Positions 26,170 through 31,503 of a stretch of DNA of 31,503 nucleotides are shown here, piece after piece. The translations under genes and the position numbers were made by a program. Below the pieces are notes generated by a model. The model worked only from the letters and a program-made list of their open reading frames with translations, was not told the origin of the DNA and did no database searches. Source of the stretch: Deltaproteobacteria bacterium. Its GTDB lineage: Bacteria > SAR324 > NAC60-12. The stretch lies in contig JAYOTF010000039.1 in assembly GCA_038150265.1 (NCBI GenBank), forward strand, positions 1 through 31,503, given 5' to 3'. How positions within the stretch are numbered: the first letter of the stretch is position 1; each line of letters starts with the position of its first letter.

Positions 26170-27167
26170 GCGCCCTCAGGCCGGTTGCTCAGCCGCGTTT
26201 TCCAGAACACCAGCACCACCAGAACCAGCGCGGCCAGCACCACCAGCGTCACCACCACATAGACCTGAGGCTGCACCGCAATGCCACGGACAGTCAACTC
26301 TGCAGCGGTTGAGGTGCCAGCCTTGCCCTTCCAGACGCGAAACTGCGTGCCCCCCATCGACTGCTCACCCGTGTACTCCAGCTGGTCGGACTGAATCGTC
26401 AGCTCGTCCAGGGACGTGAAGGCACTCAGCAGCTCCAGGGAGTGCTTCACGGGTCGCACAACGGTTGCCTGACCAAAGAAGGCCGGCAGCTGGTACTGGT
26501 AGAGCACCTGCATCCCTCCGGGGGGAAAGAGGCGGGTGATGGAAAGCTCATTGCCAGAGAGCCGGTAATCGGTTCCTTCCTGAGCCTCCAGCATCCGGAA
26601 GTTCTCGAATCCGTCCGGAAGCTCCACCGTCAGGGGTTTTTCCGAGGTGTCAATCCGGTCCTTGGTGGCGTTGCTGATGCTCAAGACCTCGGTCATCTGC
26701 AGCAGCCCAATGCCGCCTTCAAAGACGAGGGAGGTTTGCTCAATGTCCAGCTTCTCGGTGTCAGTCGAGGTGGTCGGAGGCTCAATGTTCACCTGAAAGG
26801 TCACCCGATCAGGAGACATGAAGAACAGTTCCGAGCTGATGAGCTCCCCATTCACCCGGGACCCCAGCCGGTACGCGGCTCGCATTTCACGCGGAACCTG
26901 CTCAAAGCGGAAGTTCCCCTGGGCATCGCTCTTGATCCGGGCGACGGGCCCGGTGGTGTTGACGTTGCCCTGGGCATCGACGACAAACTTCAGCAGCACC
27001 ACATCCAGTCCCTCGGGGGGAATGGCGCTGGCGTCTGCCTGCACCTGTCCTTCCACATTCACGGTGGGAGAGGCCGCGGGCCCCTGTTGCGGAGCGGGCA
27101 GTTCCTGAGCCGAGAGGAAGGCGCCAGAGAGCAACAGCAGCAGGCCTGTTCCTAAAGCTTTCATCAT
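26166..27167 (-). CDS. Exported beta-rich hypothetical protein with C-terminal membrane anchor
   Basis: Signal peptide, prealbumin/carboxypeptidase-regulatory-like N-domain (SDAQGNFRFE), second beta domain (EVLSISN..LTVELPDG), and C-terminal TM followed by KTR. Start at 27167, 27164 or 27179. Confidence 0.7.
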   Translation of the reverse strand: MMKALGTGLLLLLSGAFLSAQELPAPQQGPAASPTVNVEGQVQADASAIPPEGLDVVLLKFVVDAQGNVNTTGPVARIKSDAQGNFRFEQVPREMRAAYRLGSRVNGELISSELFFMSPDRVTFQVNIEPPTTSTDTEKLDIEQTSLVFEGGIGLLQMTEVLSISNATKDRIDTSEKPLTVELPDGFENFRMLEAQEGTDYRLSGNELSITRLFPPGGMQVLYQYQLPAFFGQATVVRPVKHSLELLSAFTSLDELTIQSDQLEYTGEQSMGGTQFRVWKGKAGTSTAAELTVRGIAVQPQVYVVVTLVVLAALVLVVLVFWKTRLSNRPEGA

Positions 27168-27504
27168 GTTCGGGTTCAATGGAGTCAGAGGGTGTCAAAA
27201 GTCGACCAAACGTCAACAGCCGTTTCGGAGCCGGGGCGTCTTCCGGATGGCGAATGAAGATGGTCCTCTAGCATGAACGGAATCGGAGCCCGTTCAAAGA
27301 CGAAATTTGTCTCAGCTCCACGGTTGCTCACCCGTCCCTTCCGGAAGCGTCTGCCGACACACGGGTCGTGCTTGTTCGCTCCCGGGCATTCGAGTATGCT
27401 GGAACCTGCACCCTGGCTGTCCGTTCAGGGAAGTCGTCTCTTTCAGGCTCCGGATGCTGAATCCGGCGCGCCTTCCTTTTGCCTTCAGACCCAAATACGC
27501 CACC

Positions 27505-29265
27505 ATGCCCACGCTGCTTCCTGATTCGACCCTGGCCTCCCTGGGGCTCGACGCCTTTCTCTTGAGCACTGCTGACGAGCACCTGAACGAGTACACGCCC
27601 CTCCACAACCGACGGCTGGAAGCGGCCACCGGGTTCTCCGGGTCGGCCGGGACGGTCATCTTTGTGCACCAGGGCACGCCACAGCTGTTTGTGGACTCTC
27701 GCTACCACGTTCAAGCCGACCAGCAGTGTGCGGAGAGCTTCCGGGTGCAGAAGCTCGGCAACGAGGGGGTTCCGGAACCACACGAGTGGCTGGCGCAGCA
27801 GCAAGGCGCCTGGAAGATCGGGGTGGATCCGTTCCTGATGAGCCCACGCGCCTGGAAGCGTGTGGAAGCCGCTCTGGCGGCAACCCCGCACCAGCTGGTG
27901 CCCATCACGCCCAACCCCGTGGATGCCCTCTGGCTCGACCGTCCGGCTCCTGCGAAAAGCCGCCCTTACGCCCTGCCGCTGGAATGGACCGGAGTCTCTG
28001 CCGAAGACAAGCTCGCTCAGGTCCGGAACGCCCTGCAGCAGCAGCAGGCGGAGGTGCTGCTCCTGACGATGCTGGATGAGATCGCCTGGCTCCTGAACCT
28101 CCGGGGGAGTGATGTGACCCACACGCCGGTGTTTGAGGCGTATGCCGCCGTTTTTGCCGAGCAGGCCATCTGCTTCTGCCATCACCCTGAGGAAATGCCG
28201 GTGTGTCCGGGCTGGGAGTTCCGGCCTTATGACGACTACTTCCCGTTCCTCAAGACCCTGACGGAGTTGAAACAGGTCTGGCTCGACCCATCCGGAGTGA
28301 CCGTGGGGACCCAGCAGGCGTTCCGGAAGGACCAGCTGCTCGCACGCGAGAGCCCGGTGGTGCTGCCCCGCGCCCTGAAGAACCCGGCAGAGCTGGCCTG
28401 CATCCGGACGGCCCACCAGCGAGCGGCCTGTGCCCTGGTCCGTAGCTTCGCCTGGCTTGAACGCTCCCTTGCCGCAGGAGAGGCCCTGAGCGAGAAGGCC
28501 TTTGCCGACCACCTCTACGACCAGTATGCTCAGGAAGAAGGCTTCACCGACCTCAGCTTTGGCACCATCGCTGGCGCCGGCAGCAACGGGGCCATCGTTC
28601 ACTACGGCACCCCAAGTGCCGACAAGGCACTCGTTCCGGAAGAGATGCTGCTCGTGGACTCTGGCATCCAGTGCGCTGGCGGCACCACCGACTGCACCCG
28701 GACCGTTTCCCTGGGCACGCCCTCGGACGCCCAGCGACACGCCTACACGCGAGTCCTGCAGGCCCACCTGCGGCTGGGGCATCAGGTCTTTCCGGAAGGC
28801 ACCAACGGCACACAGCTGGATGCGGTGGTCCGCTCCGGGCTCTGGAATGACGGCATGGACTTCGGGCACGGCACCGGACACGGCGTTGGCGCCTTCCTCG
28901 GCGTCCACGAGGGGCCGCAGCGCATTGCCCCACAGTCTCATGAGGTCGCCTTTCAGGAAGGCATGGTCGTTTCCAACGAGCCCGGGTTCTACCGTTCCGG
29001 ATGGGGCGGCATCCGCATTGAAAACCTCTGTGCCGTCACCGGCGTCTCGCAAGCAGGCTTCCCGGCTCACCCGGGCGGACGACGCTGGTTGAGCCTTGAA
29101 ACCCTGACCCTGGTGCCCTACGACCGGCGGCTCATTGCTCCCGAGTTGCTCAGCCCTGACGAACAGCGCTGGCTGGAAGCCTACCACCAGCGCGTCTACG
29201 CGGAAATCCACCCCTTCCTCAACTCTGAGGACCAGGAGTGGCTCCGGCAGGCCTGTGGCGTCTGA
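27505..29265 (+). CDS. Aminopeptidase P (Xaa-Pro aminopeptidase, M24B, long form)
   Basis: DEHLNEY, TGFSGSAG, DSRY, IAWLLNLRGSD; metal ligands DSG, GTTD, HGTGHGVG, HEGP, SNEPG and IRIEN. Likely ATG at 27505 (ORF track gives 27307). Confidence 0.93.
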   Translation: MPTLLPDSTLASLGLDAFLLSTADEHLNEYTPLHNRRLEAATGFSGSAGTVIFVHQGTPQLFVDSRYHVQADQQCAESFRVQKLGNEGVPEPHEWLAQQQGAWKIGVDPFLMSPRAWKRVEAALAATPHQLVPITPNPVDALWLDRPAPAKSRPYALPLEWTGVSAEDKLAQVRNALQQQQAEVLLLTMLDEIAWLLNLRGSDVTHTPVFEAYAAVFAEQAICFCHHPEEMPVCPGWEFRPYDDYFPFLKTLTELKQVWLDPSGVTVGTQQAFRKDQLLARESPVVLPRALKNPAELACIRTAHQRAACALVRSFAWLERSLAAGEALSEKAFADHLYDQYAQEEGFTDLSFGTIAGAGSNGAIVHYGTPSADKALVPEEMLLVDSGIQCAGGTTDCTRTVSLGTPSDAQRHAYTRVLQAHLRLGHQVFPEGTNGTQLDAVVRSGLWNDGMDFGHGTGHGVGAFLGVHEGPQRIAPQSHEVAFQEGMVVSNEPGFYRSGWGGIRIENLCAVTGVSQAGFPAHPGGRRWLSLETLTLVPYDRRLIAPELLSPDEQRWLEAYHQRVYAEIHPFLNSEDQEWLRQACGV

Positions 29266-30100
29266 GCCGGTCCTCCGGGTCCAGACCCCGGCGAAGATCA
29301 ACCCGGTGCTGGACATTCTGGAGAAGCGTCCGGACGGGTTTCATGAGCTGTTCATGCACATGGTCCCGGTCAGCTTCTACGATGAACTCAGCCTCTCGCC
29401 GGCTCCGGAGCTGGTGCTGGATGTGGAAGGCGCTGACTTTCAGGGACCCGTTGAGGACAACCTGGTCTTCCGGGCCGCCCAGCGGTTTGGAGAACGCAGC
29501 GGTCAGCCCGTGAACTGGCACCTGCGCCTGCACAAACGCATTCCCTCCGGCGCTGGCCTGGGCGGAGGCAGCTCGGATGCGGCGGCCACCCTCCGCGCCC
29601 TGAACCAGCTCCACCAGCAGGTGCTTCCGGAAGCGGTGCTGCAGGAGTTGGCACTGGAGTTGGGTGCCGATGTTCCGTTTTTCCTCGATCCGCGTCCCTG
29701 TGTGGCGCAAGGGCGAGGGGAGCGTCTGACGCCCCTGCCCCACTACCCGGAAGCAGAGATCCTGCTGATCACCCCGCCCTTCCCGATTGCCACCGGACCG
29801 GCTTACCGGGAGTGCCAGCCCCTGCGGCTTCCGGCGCCCCCGGTTCCGTCGACCCTGGCGGAGTTGGCACAGGGGCTCCGGAATCGCTTTGAGGTGACGC
29901 TGCTGGACGCCTACCCTGCGCTCCGGACCCTGAAAACCCTGCTCGAGCAACATGGCGCAATTGGTGCATCCGTGAGCGGAAGTGGCTCCACCGTGTTTGG
30001 AGTCTTTCAGGATGGACAGACGCGAGACCAGGCCTGGCAGGCCCTCAGCTCCCAGAACCTGGGACGGCTCCAGGGGTGTCGCCTCCTGTCCTCAGGCTAA
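29255..30100 (+). CDS. ispE: 4-diphosphocytidyl-2-C-methyl-D-erythritol kinase
   Basis: Motifs PAKIN, DGFHEL, DNLV, KRIPSGAGLGGGSSDAA, GADVPFF and SGSGSTVFG. GTG start at 29255 overlaps the aminopeptidase P stop. Confidence 0.95.
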   Translation: MASEPVLRVQTPAKINPVLDILEKRPDGFHELFMHMVPVSFYDELSLSPAPELVLDVEGADFQGPVEDNLVFRAAQRFGERSGQPVNWHLRLHKRIPSGAGLGGGSSDAAATLRALNQLHQQVLPEAVLQELALELGADVPFFLDPRPCVAQGRGERLTPLPHYPEAEILLITPPFPIATGPAYRECQPLRLPAPPVPSTLAELAQGLRNRFEVTLLDAYPALRTLKTLLEQHGAIGASVSGSGSTVFGVFQDGQTRDQAWQALSSQNLGRLQGCRLLSSG

Positions 30101-30127
30101 AACCCAAGCAAAGGATGCATCAGTACC

Positions 30128-30823
30128 GTGTTGTTCCGAAAGCTGTCTTTCCCCCTCCTTCTGACCGTCTTGGCCCTGTTGATCGTCGGCTGCGGCGCCC
30201 CCGCGCGGATGCAGACGGCTGAGCAGTATGGCATCAAGGACAACAAGCCTCAGGTTTGGACCCAGAGCAATCCCAGGATCCGGGCCTACGTGAAGCGCTA
30301 CAGCAAGAGCAGCCACGTCCGGGTTTGCCTGGAGCGCGCCAATGACAACGATTATCTGCCCTACATTCACCGGGTCTTTTTCAAGTACCGCCTGCCTCCG
30401 GATTTGGCGCTGCTGCCCATTTTGGAGTCTTGCTTTGACACCAAGGCTGATTCTGGACGTGCTCGGGGGATGTGGCAATTCACCAAGGCCACGGCTCAGG
30501 ACTACGGGTTGCGAGTGGGGTGGCTTTCTGATGACCGCCTGAACTGGCGCAAGTCCACGCACTCGGCAGCCAAGTACCTGAGTGTGCTGGGGAAGCGCTT
30601 CAACTACAACTGGGAGTTGGCCCTGGCCGGCTACAACGGGGGCCCCAACTACCTGGACAAGCAAATGAAGAAGCAGCGGACCTGGAATTTCTGGGAGCTG
30701 GACCTCCGGGAGGAGACCGCAGAGTACGTTCCGAAATTCATTGCGATGCTTCAGGTCGCCCGCAAGTACTACCCGGAGTTGTACTTTGAGGGAGGCCCTC
30801 GGTTCTGGAAGAGTGCCAGCTAG
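30128..30823 (+). CDS. Lytic transglycosylase (MltD-like SLT domain), probable lipoprotein
   Basis: Lipobox-like IVGC; LPILES (catalytic Glu), ARGMWQF, DDR, LALAGYNGG and ETAEYVPK. No LysM domains. Confidence 0.9.
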   Translation: MLFRKLSFPLLLTVLALLIVGCGAPARMQTAEQYGIKDNKPQVWTQSNPRIRAYVKRYSKSSHVRVCLERANDNDYLPYIHRVFFKYRLPPDLALLPILESCFDTKADSGRARGMWQFTKATAQDYGLRVGWLSDDRLNWRKSTHSAAKYLSVLGKRFNYNWELALAGYNGGPNYLDKQMKKQRTWNFWELDLREETAEYVPKFIAMLQVARKYYPELYFEGGPRFWKSAS

Positions 30824-30946
30824 GTTGGCCTCGGAAACATGGCTTGATTCTGGGGACCTCTGCTGATAGGTTCAGCGGTTGTTCCCGGAACCTTAATGGA
30901 GACGCCCGCTCTCACGAACAGCAGGGCGCCTCTGGAACTTCAAAAC

Positions 30947-30966
30947 TGATATAATTGACGAAGGAG
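30947..30966 (+). promoter_or_regulatory. Extended -10 element and RBS of fliL
   Basis: TG-A-TATAAT (30947-30955), AAGGAG (30961-30966), ATG at 30972. Confidence 0.55.
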
Positions 30967-30971
30967 ATCGC

Positions 30972-31478
30972 ATGGCGGAAGAAGAAGGCGGCGGCGGCGG
31001 CGGCGGCGGTGGTAAGAAGAAGCTGATCATCATCATCGTTGCCGTTGTCCTGCTTCTGGTCATTGCCATCGTGGCGTTTCTCCTCCTTTCCGGTGGAGAT
31101 GAGGAGGCCGCATTACCTGAGGAAGAAAAACCTGTGGCCGTCGAGGCGGAGCCTCTGGCAGCGCCGATCTTCCTATCGTTAGACAGCTTTGTGGTCAACC
31201 TCAAAGACGGACGCCGGTACCTCAAGACCTCGATGCAGCTCATGATGAGCGATCCGGCCGCGAGTGCCTACCTGACCACCCGTCTGGTTGAGGTGAAGGA
31301 CGTCGTCCTGACCGAGCTCCAGGAGCTTTCGGCCGAGGATGTCAGCCAGGCTTCGGCTCGCGAAGCCCTGAAGCAACGCCTGATTACCTCAATCAGCAAA
31401 CTCTTCCCTCCCAAACCGGAATGGGAGGATCCGGAACCCATCAAGAAGGTTCTCTTTGAGGAGTTCGTCATCCAGTGA
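30972..31478 (+). CDS. fliL: Flagellar basal body-associated protein FliL
   Basis: KKKLIIII TM anchor, FVVNL...RYLK, VKD, LK..L..I and IKKVLFEEFVIQ C-terminus. Confidence 0.9.
   Translation: MAEEEGGGGGGGGGKKKLIIIIVAVVLLLVIAIVAFLLLSGGDEEAALPEEEKPVAVEAEPLAAPIFLSLDSFVVNLKDGRRYLKTSMQLMMSDPAASAYLTTRLVEVKDVVLTELQELSAEDVSQASAREALKQRLITSISKLFPPKPEWEDPEPIKKVLFEEFVIQ
30987..31013 (+). repeat. (GGC)7(GGT)2 triplet repeat encoding Gly9 in the FliL N-terminus
   Basis: Read directly from the sequence. Confidence 0.9.
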
Positions 31479-31503
31479 CGTTCGAGGCTGACAATACGGG
31501 GGT

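Noticed and set aside
27328..29316. 662-aa antisense ORF opposite aminopeptidase P (likewise other long antisense ORFs such as 13855-15078, 22532-23869 and 23924-25195)
   Set aside because: Mirror-frame artefacts with no recognisable domains.

Overview
GC-rich (roughly 60-65% by eye), densely packed bacterial core-genome region from a diderm, probably flagellated organism. The gene set and order (ftsH-cdaA-cdaR-pdxJ, tol genes, fliL) suggest a Deltaproteobacteria-like lineage such as SAR324; this placement is inference only. About 28 protein genes are supported. Left minus-strand block: nagA, GFA protein, xth, rsmG, a flagellar-brake-like protein and a MaoC pair. Then a GGCT-like gene, an MFS transporter and nadK-tolA-tolB-cpoB. 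Plus-strand block: ftsH-cdaA-cdaR-pdxJ-rng, an IMP-cyclohydrolase-like gene and a PilZ/receiver gene. Then an FMN glutamate-synthase-like gene, Ppx-like and HIT genes, a 935-aa M1-peptidase-like/beta-barrel fusion, pilP/pilO-like genes, aminopeptidase P, ispE, a lytic transglycosylase and fliL. I found no rRNA, tRNA or CRISPR array. The most striking signals are: (1) the palindrome TCCGGA occurs about 90 times, roughly 8-9 times the composition-based expectation, in all three codon frames and in intergenic DNA, reminiscent of cyanobacterial HIP1; (2) an M1-peptidase-like domain lacking its zinc ligands is fused to an Omp85-like barrel; (3) two apparently half-disabled PilZ-type modules; (4) conserved operons stripped of their usual members (no pal/tolQR, no folP/glmM, no pilMNQ); (5) a possible IS scar plus a tandem duplication at the left edge.
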